Below are positions 46,669 through 56,961 of a stretch of DNA of 64,000 nt, one piece after another. Origin of the DNA: Candidatus Omnitrophica bacterium UBA6253 (lineage in GTDB: Bacteria > Omnitrophota > Gorgyraeia > Gygaellales > Profunditerraquicolaceae); contig DJVP01000004.1 of assembly GCA_002441245.1 (NCBI GenBank), positions 52,072 through 116,071 of the forward strand, written 5' to 3'. The position numbers and the translations under genes were made by a program. The notes below the pieces were generated by a model. That model saw only the letters and a program-made list of their open reading frames with translations, made no database searches and was not told where the DNA came from. The first letter of the stretch is position 1; each line of letters begins with the position of its first letter.

Positions 46669-46749
46669 TTAGCCTAAACAGGGCTTTCTGCCTTTATTGG
46701 CTTTCTTAGAACGCCAGTTAAGTTTTCCTCTACGTTTTCTTTTTCCCAT
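46669..46749 (-). CDS. 26-aa highly basic peptide, ribosomal protein bTHX-like (missing from ORF track)
   Basis: Hand translation gives MGKRKRRGKLNWRSKKANKGRKPCLG. This can be compared with Thermus THX [24 protein letters not shown]. RBS AAGGA lies 7 nt upstream. It sits directly after the CsgG-like stop. Confidence 0.4.
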   Translation of the reverse strand: MGKRKRRGKLNWRSKKANKGRKPCLG

Positions 46750-46751
46750 AT

Positions 46752-47396
46752 TTAGTCCTTGTAATAAGTTTGCGGTACATTTAAAACGATATAACGCGCT
46801 GCTTCAAGCAGACATTCATAAATAACCTTCCCCATGGGCGTGCCGGCATATTCACTTAACCCTGTCTTAAAAAACTTATCGTGGGGAGTATTAATTTTAT
46901 TCCTGGGGTTTTCCACTGCCTGGCTTCGAATATCCCGGCTACTGATTACATTTGAAGTAGCGCGGTCAACAATACGCAGGCTCAGCTGCATAGTTGCCTT
47001 GTTTAAAGGAGTTCCTAATAAGCCTCCCATAAAACTGCTGGCGGCACTTCCCCCACCTGCTACTCCTGATTTACCGCCTGAATTCTCCGGAACAAACTCT
47101 ATAATCCCTATACTAATAATCAAATCCGTATCCGAAGGAGAAACCATTATAAAACGCTTGGTATTGCTTAAAATACTGACGAAATATTCTTTTATTGCCT
47201 GGCTAACATCCGTATTAATCCCGGAGGTCTTTAATTCAAAATCGCTAACTGCTATTTTGGCTTTGGGGCCGGAGTATCCTTCCAAAGGCTCATCTGCCAG
47301 ATATTTATTGCTCCCAGACTGCATTTTTATTGAGGAGCATCCTACGATAAATAGCGACAAAATCAAACAACCGAATAACTTAGAACTTTTTTTCAT
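46752..47396 (-). CDS. CsgG-family lipoprotein (curli-secretion-channel-like)
   Basis: The start is placed at the internal Met (MKKSSKLFGCLILSLFIVGCSS, with lipobox). KIAVSDFE...GGGSAASSFMGG resembles the CsgG core. No csgA/B/E/F were seen nearby. Confidence 0.5.
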   Translation of the reverse strand: MKKSSKLFGCLILSLFIVGCSSIKMQSGSNKYLADEPLEGYSGPKAKIAVSDFELKTSGINTDVSQAIKEYFVSILSNTKRFIMVSPSDTDLIISIGIIEFVPENSGGKSGVAGGGSAASSFMGGLLGTPLNKATMQLSLRIVDRATSNVISSRDIRSQAVENPRNKINTPHDKFFKTGLSEYAGTPMGKVIYECLLEAARYIVLNVPQTYYKD

Positions 47397-47442
47397 GTTT
47401 GTTTTTAATATATTACTGATTAGCCTGGCTGTCAAGGGAAAC

Positions 47443-48087
47443 CTAATTGCAACACTTACCTGCAAGCTGGCTAACCCTAGAGATTATCTTAAACGGATGT
47501 TCTCTTTTGATTTCAGCTATACTGCTTGAACCGCTGGTTACGATTATTGTCTTGACCATTGCGCGCCTTCCGGCTTGCGCATCAATAGCCATATCCCCTA
47601 CATATAAAACTTTCGATTTATTAAGAGCAAACCTTTTGATTATTTTATTCAATATTTCAGGATCCGGCTTGCCGCGTTTTAATTTATCAGCGCAAAGCAC
47701 ATAATCAAAGAAATTAATTATACGCAGGTGTCTTAATAAAATAAAGGAAAACCTGCTTGGCCGGTTGCTTGCTACTGCTAACTTGCAGCCCCGGGATTTA
47801 AGTTTGCGTAAAAGCATCCTGACATGCGGATAAAGATGCGATTGTTTAAGCAGACTAATCTTATGATGACTGCGGTATAGGCGCAAAGATCGCTTTAAAT
47901 CATGTCCGGGAACATATGGTTTAAGTAAATTCGCATCTCCCCATCCTACCAAGCTACGGATAAGTCTTGAGCTTTTAGGTTTTAAGCCCAGCTTACGCAT
48001 TACGTAATTAAAACTGCTGCATATGGCTGCATAGGCATTTATTAAAGTTCCATCCAGATCAAAAATAATCAATTCAATATTCTGCAT
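47443..48087 (-). CDS. HAD-IA hydrolase (phosphoglycolate-phosphatase-like)
   Basis: 214 aa with IFDLDGTL motif I and VGDMAIDAQAG motif III. Confidence 0.75.
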   Translation of the reverse strand: MQNIELIIFDLDGTLINAYAAICSSFNYVMRKLGLKPKSSRLIRSLVGWGDANLLKPYVPGHDLKRSLRLYRSHHKISLLKQSHLYPHVRMLLRKLKSRGCKLAVASNRPSRFSFILLRHLRIINFFDYVLCADKLKRGKPDPEILNKIIKRFALNKSKVLYVGDMAIDAQAGRRAMVKTIIVTSGSSSIAEIKREHPFKIISRVSQLAGKCCN

Positions 48088-48156
48088 AATGAAAACATAG
48101 GCAGGGTTTAGAAGCCCTGCCTATTTAAAGTAATATTTAATGTTTAAAGTATATTC

Positions 48157-48729
48157 CTATTTTTGAGTAACAGAATCTGATGTTGCACCTTCCGGAGAAA
48201 GCGCCTGCTCAACAGCTGCATCTGGGCTGGCTACTGGTTCTTCCGGAGAAGCCTGGACATTATCCTGCTTAGTATCTTCAACAGCCTGCGCAGGAACAGC
48301 GGCAGAAGAATCCGGACTCTCACGGCCAATATTCTTGGCGACATTCTTACCGTCTGAACCAACAACATAATCTATGCTCAAGGTATCCTTAACCTTTATT
48401 TCATCAAAACTTCCAATATTCTCAAAGGTAGTCTTTTCATCAACAGTTAAAATAATATCCTTCTCCTGGTCTGTTTCATAATCAAGGTATTTTAAGGTAA
48501 CTATCTTTCCTGCGCTGTCTAAGCTGGTCACCTCTCCCCAAATCCATTGCGTATCATTCTCATTCTGCGAAGGAGCCTGGGGAGCAGAAACAGCGGCTAC
48601 GGATTCTACAGCACTAGCAGCAGGATTTTCAACGCCAACCGCAACTTCTTCAGCAGCAAAGGCAATAAGAGTAGTTAGCGCAATTAAGGCAGCAAACACA
48701 AAAACAGCTATAATTTTCCTTAAATCCAT
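48157..48729 (-). CDS. secreted low-complexity (Ala/Pro/Ser/Glu-rich) protein
   Basis: 190 aa with a signal peptide. The central ~70 aa looks folded, and the tails are repetitive. Confidence 0.45.
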   Translation of the reverse strand: MDLRKIIAVFVFAALIALTTLIAFAAEEVAVGVENPAASAVESVAAVSAPQAPSQNENDTQWIWGEVTSLDSAGKIVTLKYLDYETDQEKDIILTVDEKTTFENIGSFDEIKVKDTLSIDYVVGSDGKNVAKNIGRESPDSSAAVPAQAVEDTKQDNVQASPEEPVASPDAAVEQALSPEGATSDSVTQK

Positions 48730-48784
48730 CTTACCCCCTCCTTTATTAGGGATTAAATTAACACAGATTTCTTAATTTGTCAAG

Positions 48785-50176
48785 TTATCTGTAAAAGGGC
48801 AGAAAAATCAACGCTATCATTACAATAAATGTAGTAGACAAGCCCACGCTTAAGCCTACCCAAAACCAATTGAGGAAAGTTATCTTAACACGCTTTTCTT
48901 TCTCAACGATACCTATGGCTACAATATTAGCCGTAGACCCAATAAGAGTTATATTCCCTCCCAGGCACCCGCCAAAAAGCAAAGCCCACCATAATGGTTG
49001 CAGATTTATGTTCAAATTATGGAACCCCTGTACCACAGGAATAAAAGCTGCCACTAAAACTACATTATCTAAAACACTAGAACCTATCGCGCCTATCCAA
49101 AGAATAGCAGAAATCAAGAAATCCAAGCTATTGCCGCATGCTGCCAGCATATGCTTGGCAATAAACTCAGTTGCTCCGGTGTATTTTAACGTGCCCGCCT
49201 GGACGAATAAAAGCAAAAAGAAAAGCAGCGTCCACCATTCCACATCTTTTTCGATATACTTTCTGGCCTTATTATGTTTCCAGATCATTATCAGGCCGCT
49301 GGCTATAAGCGGCACAACCAGCAAGACAGTATTCGCAGGCAGGCCCAAGACTATTTCCATGCGCCGGTGTAGGGATATAAAAACCAGCATAGTTGCAAAT
49401 ATCCCCAAACTTAATCTTAGGGTTTTTTCCGGAGGCACAGAGATCAGCCTAACCAGTATCTCATTAGCCCCCAACCTCTGCATTTGTTCATTGAGGAACC
49501 TGATCGGTTTTCTATACCAAAACAAGAGAATAAAAACAGTAACTAGTAAACACAGTGCAGCCAAAGGAAAGGCCTTAACTATAAAGTCTTCAAAGCTTAG
49601 TCCGGATTTTGAAGCAATAAGTATACCTATGGGGTTGCCTAACACTGTAGCCGAAGACCCTATGTTTGTAGCCAAAACTGAAATTATGACAAAAGGCACA
49701 GGGTTAACTTCAAAATAATCACAAATCTCTAATACCGCAACAACCATAAAAATAATTGAAGTTACTTCATCGATAGTACAGGCAAGTAAAGCTGACATGA
49801 GTCCGACGATAATGACAAACTTCTTGCCGGTTAATTTGGGGATACGTAAAATAAGGCTGACAATCCAGGCAAAAACTCCGGAATCTTTAAGCAACCCAAT
49901 AATCACCATCATGCCTATAAGGAAAAGGATTACCTCAAGCGAAGAAAATTCAATAACATGCTCTAAGTCAATGGTTTTAGTCATCAATAATACGGAGGTG
50001 CCGATAAATGCAAAACTAAGACGAAAATCCCAAAAGAAAAGGGTTCCGAGGATTGAGGCGGAAAATATACTTATAGATAATGCCTGATGCGTATTCATTC
50101 CGGAAGACCTGGCGTAAAATCCAAGGCAGAGGGAAAGAGAAAGCAGGGAGCATAGCTTAAGAACCAAGCTTTTCAT
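48785..50176 (-). CDS. ArsB/NhaD-superfamily permease (second paralogue)
   Basis: 463 aa and polytopic, with the GGNITLIGSTANIV motif. Confidence 0.7.
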   Translation of the reverse strand: MKSLVLKLCSLLSLSLCLGFYARSSGMNTHQALSISIFSASILGTLFFWDFRLSFAFIGTSVLLMTKTIDLEHVIEFSSLEVILFLIGMMVIIGLLKDSGVFAWIVSLILRIPKLTGKKFVIIVGLMSALLACTIDEVTSIIFMVVAVLEICDYFEVNPVPFVIISVLATNIGSSATVLGNPIGILIASKSGLSFEDFIVKAFPLAALCLLVTVFILLFWYRKPIRFLNEQMQRLGANEILVRLISVPPEKTLRLSLGIFATMLVFISLHRRMEIVLGLPANTVLLVVPLIASGLIMIWKHNKARKYIEKDVEWWTLLFFLLLFVQAGTLKYTGATEFIAKHMLAACGNSLDFLISAILWIGAIGSSVLDNVVLVAAFIPVVQGFHNLNINLQPLWWALLFGGCLGGNITLIGSTANIVAIGIVEKEKRVKITFLNWFWVGLSVGLSTTFIVMIALIFLPFYR

Positions 50177-50208
50177 TGATTAAAGTAAGTTTTTTTGCAG
50201 CATATTGA

Positions 50209-50778
50209 TTAATAAAGAGATGCCTTGATTCGCGAATGTATTTTATCAAAAACAACTGTTGCGAACATAACCTTTAACAGGTCACCTGGCACAAAAGGCA
50301 AGAAAGCAAGCAAAAATGCCTGGCTAAATGAACAGGACAGAGCGACTTTAAGCCAAAGCATCCCGCTAAACAAGATTATAAAATCTGCACATAAAAACTT
50401 TAACAACGTATTCCGCCTATTAGGCTTACCTTCCGAAAATAAGCTACCGGTAAAAAAAGATGCTAAAACGAACCCAACAATATAGCCTCCGGTAGGCCCA
50501 AAAAGATACAGGGACCCGCTGCCCAAGCCAGTAAACACCTGAAAACCAGTCAATCCCAAAACCAAGTATCCAACCTGCGCAAATACACCCAATCTTCTAC
50601 CTAATAACGCACCTGAAAGCAAAACAAATAATGTCTGTAGCGTAAGCGGCACAGGAGTCAAAGGTAAGGGTATGCGCACAAAGGCGGATAAGGTAATTAA
50701 AGTTATAAAAACTGCCACGGCTAAAAACCGGAGAATTCTTTTATTAATAATGACTTCCCTGCTTAAAGTTGACTCCAT
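50209..50778 (-). CDS. bioY: biotin transporter BioY (ECF S-component)
   Basis: 189 aa with the IPLPLTPVPLTLQTLFVLLSGALLG BioY signature. Confidence 0.85.
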   Translation of the reverse strand: MESTLSREVIINKRILRFLAVAVFITLITLSAFVRIPLPLTPVPLTLQTLFVLLSGALLGRRLGVFAQVGYLVLGLTGFQVFTGLGSGSLYLFGPTGGYIVGFVLASFFTGSLFSEGKPNRRNTLLKFLCADFIILFSGMLWLKVALSCSFSQAFLLAFLPFVPGDLLKVMFATVVFDKIHSRIKASLY

Positions 50779-50876
50779 ATGCTCTCCTATAAAAATAATG
50801 ATAGGGGTAAATGGGGCCGGATATATTTTATTTTCTGAAAAATATTCCCGGCCCCGCCACTCTCCCCATTCTCTAT

Positions 50877-51080
50877 TTATTCCTTAGCTATAGCTAAAGT
50901 AATCACGCCAGCCAAAATCAGAAACAATCCAATACCGCCCTTAACAATCAAAAGAAGCGCTTTCCACCATTTTAAAATTGCCAAACCTCCTAAGACTAAA
51001 AAAGCAAGACCTAAAACAACCTTAAAAAGCGTAGACAGCGTCTTCTTTGCATCACAACACTTTTTCTCTTCTCCTGCCAT
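50877..51080 (-). CDS. small 2-TM membrane protein, hypothetical
   Basis: 67 aa. It has a charged N-terminus with a CC pair, then two hydrophobic helices. Confidence 0.35.
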   Translation of the reverse strand: MAGEEKKCCDAKKTLSTLFKVVLGLAFLVLGGLAILKWWKALLLIVKGGIGLFLILAGVITLAIAKE

Positions 51081-51093
51081 TTAAACACCTCCT

Positions 51094-52005
51094 TTAACTG
51101 GGTTTACTTTTCCATCTGCGGTGAATCCAACCCCACTCCGCAGGATACTTGCGTATATAAGCCTCAACAATAGAAGTAAGCTTTTGTATATTTACCAAAA
51201 CTGTTTCCTGCGCACTCAAGCCTGTATCCGGTTCCATCTCCGGTTCAAAGATTGCTATGTGCCGGTCACTTGGCTGACGGATAATAAAGCAAGGAATCAA
51301 GGCTGCCCCAGTGCGCTGAGCCAAAACCACTGGCCCTGTAGCCGTAGCTGCTTTCTGACCGAAGAAATCCACAAATACGCCACCGGAACCAAAATTCTGG
51401 TCTATAGGAATAAAAACAAGCTCATTGTTGCGCAAAACCTGGATAGTATTATTCACGCATGCGTTGCGCGGTTGGCTATAGATCGTCCGCACTCCATACT
51501 TCTCTCTTTTTTTACGGAAGATCTCTTCCATCTTAGCATCATGCATCGGCTTCATGATCCCCCCTGCCTTATACCCACCTACCGCCAGCCTGCCTAAAAG
51601 AAGAGGGAAATTACCAAAATGCGCGCTGACTAAAATCACTCCTTTGCCTTTAGCTAAAGCTTTATCCAAATGCTCCCTGCCAGAAAGCTCAACCCTCTTC
51701 TCCAAAAGGTGGGGTTTATCAAAAAAGAACATCAACTCCACCGCACTTTTGGCTATATTAGCAAAACAATCTTTGGCTATCTGTTGAATCTCTCGGGAGG
51801 ATTTCTCTTTGCCAAAAGCAATATGTAAACTGTCTAAGGCGATATTCCTGTGTTTTTTCGCAAACAAATATGCCAAAACAGATATATTACTGGCAAAGGC
51901 ATAAAGATAGCTTGCAGGGATCACTCTAACTATCAAAGAACATATATTTAAACCGAGCCAGGCCAAAAAATGGTTTAAGCCCTTACGTATTTTTTTAGAA
52001 TCCAT
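51094..52005 (-). CDS. lipid A biosynthesis (Kdo)-lipid IVA acyltransferase, LpxL/HtrB family
   Basis: 303 aa with an N-terminal TM anchor and HFGNFPLL (the HX4D-like block of the Lip_A_acyltrans family). Confidence 0.75.
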   Translation of the reverse strand: MDSKKIRKGLNHFLAWLGLNICSLIVRVIPASYLYAFASNISVLAYLFAKKHRNIALDSLHIAFGKEKSSREIQQIAKDCFANIAKSAVELMFFFDKPHLLEKRVELSGREHLDKALAKGKGVILVSAHFGNFPLLLGRLAVGGYKAGGIMKPMHDAKMEEIFRKKREKYGVRTIYSQPRNACVNNTIQVLRNNELVFIPIDQNFGSGGVFVDFFGQKAATATGPVVLAQRTGAALIPCFIIRQPSDRHIAIFEPEMEPDTGLSAQETVLVNIQKLTSIVEAYIRKYPAEWGWIHRRWKSKPS

Positions 52006-52060
52006 TTTGATTTTAAGTTAGATAATTATAACAAACTGCCTATAAATTGTAAATGATAAT

Positions 52061-52543
52061 TTAAAGCTTATAGCCGATCTTACGCAATAAATCCTTACGC
52101 CAAACAATATCCTCAGGCGTTTCTGCTCCTTTAGGGCTTAACCCATCGATTACCCCTAATATACCCCTTCCGCCTTGGTCTTGAGCAATAATTACTTCCG
52201 CGGGGTTAGCCGTAGCGCAATATATATTACAGACTTCAGGAACATTCTTTATAGCATTTAAGACACTGATGGGATATGCATCCTTGATAAAGATAATAAA
52301 ACTATGTCCGCAGGCAAGCTCAAGCGCGTTCTTGCAGGCCAGTTCTTTAAGCGCTGTATCATTGCCTTCGCAGCGTACCTTGCAGGCACCGGATGCCTCG
52401 CTAAAAGCCAGGCCAAATTTTGCCTTAGGGACATTAATCAAAGATTCATAAAGATCTTCCACTGTTTTAATAAAATGAGCCTGGCCTAAAATAAAATTTA
52501 AATCATCGGGCTTATCTATTTTTACTATTTTTAACTCTAGCAT
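52061..52543 (-). CDS. conserved hypothetical protein (possibly adenosine-specific-kinase-like family)
   Basis: 160 aa and soluble. No confident motif was found, so the family guess is weak. Confidence 0.25.
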   Translation of the reverse strand: MLELKIVKIDKPDDLNFILGQAHFIKTVEDLYESLINVPKAKFGLAFSEASGACKVRCEGNDTALKELACKNALELACGHSFIIFIKDAYPISVLNAIKNVPEVCNIYCATANPAEVIIAQDQGGRGILGVIDGLSPKGAETPEDIVWRKDLLRKIGYKL

Positions 52544-52553
52544 ACCCCCCTCC

Positions 52554-53960
52554 TTACTTTCTGACTTTAACCTTACGGAAACCTACGGCGTCAATAGGCA
52601 GGTTGCCATGAAAAGCCTTAAGGGCAGTCAAGACATAATCTGGCTCACCCAAAAGCTTAAGTGGAATCTTTATAACTAAATAATTCCTGCCAAATTCAAA
52701 TATTACCCCGGAGTTAACCACTCTCTTCTGGCCGTTAAATACCCGGAGTTTCTTCCCCGCGGTAATAATGCGTATTTTTGGCATCGCGGGAAAAGCAGTA
52801 TTCCTGCTGTATCCGAAAACATAAAGCAATACGCTAAATCTATTGCTGAGTTTTTTAGGTTTATCTACGCGTGCGACAAAATAACTGTCCTCTTCAGCAT
52901 AGCTAACCTGTCCATCAGCCTCTATCGTCTTCCCCTCTACAGTATCAACTCCCGGAGCATCCTTAAACATCTTTGAGGCGCCGAAATAAGAAATAACCTT
53001 ATCTTTTAACGTTTGCTGGGGAGCTAACTCCAAGGGCGGATAATCTCCGAATAATTCATTTTCCCTGGCAAAGGAAAATAGATAAAAAGCGCTGGATTGC
53101 GTCTGACTCTTATAAAAAAGTATAGACTGATATTTCTTATCCAGTTCCCCGAAACTTAAGTCCGCACGGGACCAGCTAATCTCTGAATCAATAAATTTAT
53201 CTGGCGGACGAAGCTCTAACTCCGGATGGTAATGCCGAGGCTTGGGCCAGCCAACACAGTGTACAAGGTATGGGTAGACTTTTGGCTTGGCGATCTTGCC
53301 TTCCAAGTCACTTAAGGCCACCTGAAGGAACAGATATAAAGATTTATGGTCAACATTAACATCTGCCGGATGCGAAACAAATATTTTATCCGGTTTATAA
53401 TTTAAAATCTGCCTGCTTAGATCATCCAGGATACTTTCACCGCAATACTCAGCCCCATAAGAAGGATTATCTTTGTAAGGCACGCTAGATATACGGGTTA
53501 ACCGGTCACGAAATGGTTTCTTAGTCTGCCAATACTGGCTGAATATATTGAAGGTGCCGTAATCCGGATAACCTAAGAATACCAAATCCTCCTCGGGTAA
53601 CCCCAGGTATTTCATCGCCTTAATTGACTCTTGCTGGCGCACTTTACCCATATGCACAAACTCACCCTGACGCACAGTTATCCTTTTTTCATAAACAATA
53701 AAAGCCAGTTCATTATGATCTCCATTGGTCAGGTAAACTATTCTAATCTTTGCGCCTGCCTTAAGCGCCTGCTGAATAACCCCTGCGCAGGCAATTGCTT
53801 CATCATCGGGATGCGGGGCTAAAATCAATACGCGCTCTCCTTTTTTAAAGGGCTCTAGGATAGGCATTTCTGACCAATAAGCCAGATCAGATTTTTCTAT
53901 GCTAGCACAACCGACAAGCAACAAAAACAACAACATAACTGATAGAATATATTTATGCAT
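52554..53960 (-). CDS. PIG-L/LmbE-family N-acetylglucosaminyl deacetylase lipoprotein with ~230-aa C-terminal extension
   Basis: Signal peptide plus Cys (LLVGC). LILAPHPDDEAIACAG and HPADVNVDH zinc-site motifs of the PIG-L family. The C-terminal half is unassigned. Confidence 0.7.
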   Translation of the reverse strand: MHKYILSVMLLFLLLVGCASIEKSDLAYWSEMPILEPFKKGERVLILAPHPDDEAIACAGVIQQALKAGAKIRIVYLTNGDHNELAFIVYEKRITVRQGEFVHMGKVRQQESIKAMKYLGLPEEDLVFLGYPDYGTFNIFSQYWQTKKPFRDRLTRISSVPYKDNPSYGAEYCGESILDDLSRQILNYKPDKIFVSHPADVNVDHKSLYLFLQVALSDLEGKIAKPKVYPYLVHCVGWPKPRHYHPELELRPPDKFIDSEISWSRADLSFGELDKKYQSILFYKSQTQSSAFYLFSFARENELFGDYPPLELAPQQTLKDKVISYFGASKMFKDAPGVDTVEGKTIEADGQVSYAEEDSYFVARVDKPKKLSNRFSVLLYVFGYSRNTAFPAMPKIRIITAGKKLRVFNGQKRVVNSGVIFEFGRNYLVIKIPLKLLGEPDYVLTALKAFHGNLPIDAVGFRKVKVRK

Positions 53961-54082
53961 AAAAGTATTCTATCATTCGGCTAATTTTTAGTCAAGACAA
54001 TCACCGGCGAACAAAAGATTTACGTTGATGTTTTTGCTGCTAGGGATAAGGGCTCCGGAGAAAATATCGCTGAGGAAATAAT

Positions 54083-54110
54083 TTGCAAAAACCTGCGCTT
54101 GTTATACAAT
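54083..54110 (+). promoter_or_regulatory. candidate promoter TTGCAA-16-TACAAT for the CDF transporter
   Basis: The -10 lies inside the first 12 nt of the track ORF. This suggests the true start is the ATG at 54117 (MVADIQK...) with a near-leaderless mRNA. Confidence 0.35.
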
Positions 54111-54995
54111 ACTTTCATGGTAGCCGATATCCAGAAACACTATCAAAAAATAAGAAAAATCCTGCTTGTAATACTAGCCTTAAACTGGTTGACGGCCTTG
54201 GCCAAGATCATTTACGGCTTAAGCAGCCGTTGTTCAAGTATGACCGCAGACGGTTTCCATTCGCTCTCAGACGGGACCTCCAATGTCATCGGGTTACTGG
54301 GCATCCATTTTGCCTGCCAGCCGGTAGATAAAGACCATCCTTACGGACATAAAAAATATGAAACATTATTCTCCCTGGTAATTTCCGCCATGCTCTTTAT
54401 TGTCGCATTTAACTTAATTAAACAAGGGTGGGCGCGACTACACCAACCCATCCTGCCCCAGGTTGACATAAGCAGTTTTGCGATTATGGTTATCACCCTA
54501 GCAGTTAATATATGGGTAATGAACTATGAAAATAAAAAAGGCAGAAAATTAAAAAGCGACATCCTGATTTCTGATTCTATGCATACACGGGCAGATATCT
54601 TCACCTCCTTTTCAGTAATCGCTTCTCTTATTGCAATAAAATTAGGGTTCCCTATAATCGACCCGCTTATAACTATCCTTATATCGTTGTTTATTGGCTT
54701 TGCCGCTTTTGAGATAGCAAAACAGAGCTCTGATGTCCTCTGCGATACAGCGGTTTTTCTGGATGACCAAAAGATCAGGAATATTGTACTAAAAACAAAA
54801 GGAGTGCGCGCCTGCCATAAAATACGCAGCCGCGGAAGGATTGACGATATCTACATTGACCTGCATGTCCAGGTTAATCCCAATATGCACATAGACAATG
54901 CCCACCAGATAAGCGATAACATTGAGGAAGCGATCAAATCTGCCATCCCCGAAATAGCTGATGTAGTAGTACACATGGAACCCCTGGAACATTAG
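54099..54995 (+). CDS. cation diffusion facilitator (CDF) family metal efflux transporter
   Basis: 298 aa with HSLSDG and the HxxxD motifs in TM2/TM5. An alternative start lies at 54117. Confidence 0.8.
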   Translation: MLYNTFMVADIQKHYQKIRKILLVILALNWLTALAKIIYGLSSRCSSMTADGFHSLSDGTSNVIGLLGIHFACQPVDKDHPYGHKKYETLFSLVISAMLFIVAFNLIKQGWARLHQPILPQVDISSFAIMVITLAVNIWVMNYENKKGRKLKSDILISDSMHTRADIFTSFSVIASLIAIKLGFPIIDPLITILISLFIGFAAFEIAKQSSDVLCDTAVFLDDQKIRNIVLKTKGVRACHKIRSRGRIDDIYIDLHVQVNPNMHIDNAHQISDNIEEAIKSAIPEIADVVVHMEPLEH

Positions 54996-55477
54996 ATATA
55001 TCCAAGGGGGTCTTGTGGAACGCCATTTTTTCTGATTTCAAAATGCAGGTGCGGAAGCATATCGCGGGGCCTGGCATTGCCAGTCTTGCCTACCCTGCCG
55101 ATAACCTGACCTTGACGAATGTAATCATTCTTACGCACAAGGATCTCCGAAAGATGTCCATAAATAGTAATATATCTATCCGCATGGCGGATAATTACAT
55201 ACTTACCCATTCCCTGGTTTTGGTTAGTGCTGATCACCCTGCCGCTTTTTGCAGCTAAAACAGCTACTCCCACGTCCGCCAGGAGATCTATACCTTTGTG
55301 CATCCGCCTGCCAGAACGGCTGGAGGCAAACAATCCATCTCCGCGATTATCGTTACGAATAAGGATATCGCCTTTGTATTCAATGGGGCAGATAAAACAC
55401 TGTTTATCCAGGGAATTCAGACCTATGAATACAAAAATCAATACTATGATTGAAGAAATTACCAGGATCTTTTTCAT
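54992..55477 (-). CDS. M23-family metallopeptidase
   Basis: 161 aa with a signal peptide and the HKGIDL...HLHFE zinc motifs. Confidence 0.8.
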   Translation of the reverse strand: MKKILVISSIIVLIFVFIGLNSLDKQCFICPIEYKGDILIRNDNRGDGLFASSRSGRRMHKGIDLLADVGVAVLAAKSGRVISTNQNQGMGKYVIIRHADRYITIYGHLSEILVRKNDYIRQGQVIGRVGKTGNARPRDMLPHLHFEIRKNGVPQDPLGYI

Positions 55478-56961
55478 TTCCGTTTTTTTAAAAAGAATAT
55501 TATAGCACAGCTGTCAAACGCCAGGCAGAAAATGATAAAAAAGTCGCCATAGCGGTTATAAATTGTACGCCTTATTGGTGCTAAGTAAATATTTTGGCTG
55601 CTATAGCCTTTGACGAAACTATTCTTTCCTGAGGCGTCCCGGATTATCGATAAAGACCTGCCAAACGGGTCGATGAACCCGGAGATCCCGGTATTAGCTG
55701 AACGAATAAGGTATACATGATTCTCGACTGCCCTAAAAACCGAGGCTGCCAGATGCTGGTATGGTGCGCTACTCCTCTTATACCAGGCATCATTAGTGAT
55801 ATTTACCAAAAACCTTGCCCCTCTTTTTATAAATTCCCGGGACAATTCGGGGAAAAGATCCTCAAAACAAATGAGTACGGCAAAATCCACAGGATGACTG
55901 AATATAACATACTCTCTTCCCGGTTCTATATCTCCAATAGGAGCAATGGTCTGTAAAAAAGGAAAGGTGCTTTTAAACGGTATATATTCTCCAAACGGAA
56001 CCAGGTGAAGTTTATTATACATCCTCTCAGGCTGACCAAGATTATTAATAAACAGGGCGCTATTAAAATAATCCCCGCCGGAGCGCGAAACCACACCTAA
56101 CAGTAAATTAATCTTTAGCTGGCCGGCTAAAGAAAAAATCTGAGCAAATTGACCATCAGCAACATTCTCTCCCCAAATAACCGGTACAGATGCCTCCGGC
56201 CAGATAACCAAATCAGGGTTGTCCTTAGCAGCTGCCCTGGTTAACTCTATATAATTATTCAATATACCTGTTGCTGCCTGGTTATCCCATTTTAAATCTT
56301 GAGGGATATTGCCCTGAACTACGGAAACCTTAAGCTGCTCTTTATTAAAACACAGGGCAGGTTTATAACTCAATCTGTAAAAGCCATACGCCAAAGATAA
56401 AAACAATATACAAACACAAATTAAGGAAATCTTTGCTTTTAGCCGCTTACGCAAAGCTAGATAAAACCCGACATTAAGCAACACCACAAGAAATGAAACC
56501 CCCCAAGAGCCGGTTACATCAGCAATCTGGATAACCGGCAGATTTTTGTATTGCGAAAACCCTACTTGCGCCCAAGGGAAACCCGTGAATAAATAGCTGC
56601 GCAAATATTCCAGTAATACCCAGGAGCTCGGGATAAAAAACAGTACAGCAGCCGGGGAAAAATAGCGGGATAAATAAACTACGCAGCCAAAGACCCCAAA
56701 ATAAACAGCCAGATATAAGATTAAGACTATTTGGCCGAGAAGGGTAACATGTATAAGCCAATAAATAGTCAGACTCCAGAAGACTACCCCGCAAAAAAAA
56801 GAGATTATAAATGTTTGACGTAAAGATTTATTTTCTAGCGCAATAAATAGAGGGATAAAACCAACCCAGGCAAATAGCCAGAGATTAAAACTGGCAAAAG
56901 AAAGCGATAACAGACTGGCAGATAAAATGGGCAGGATTACTTGGCTCATTTTGAACAACAC
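55474..56961 (-). CDS. lnt: apolipoprotein N-acyltransferase
   Basis: 495 aa with an N-terminal multi-TM domain and a C-terminal CN-hydrolase domain (E...K...C triad region VLICFE). Confidence 0.85.
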   Translation of the reverse strand: MLFKMSQVILPILSASLLSLSFASFNLWLFAWVGFIPLFIALENKSLRQTFIISFFCGVVFWSLTIYWLIHVTLLGQIVLILYLAVYFGVFGCVVYLSRYFSPAAVLFFIPSSWVLLEYLRSYLFTGFPWAQVGFSQYKNLPVIQIADVTGSWGVSFLVVLLNVGFYLALRKRLKAKISLICVCILFLSLAYGFYRLSYKPALCFNKEQLKVSVVQGNIPQDLKWDNQAATGILNNYIELTRAAAKDNPDLVIWPEASVPVIWGENVADGQFAQIFSLAGQLKINLLLGVVSRSGGDYFNSALFINNLGQPERMYNKLHLVPFGEYIPFKSTFPFLQTIAPIGDIEPGREYVIFSHPVDFAVLICFEDLFPELSREFIKRGARFLVNITNDAWYKRSSAPYQHLAASVFRAVENHVYLIRSANTGISGFIDPFGRSLSIIRDASGKNSFVKGYSSQNIYLAPIRRTIYNRYGDFFIIFCLAFDSCAIIFFLKKRK

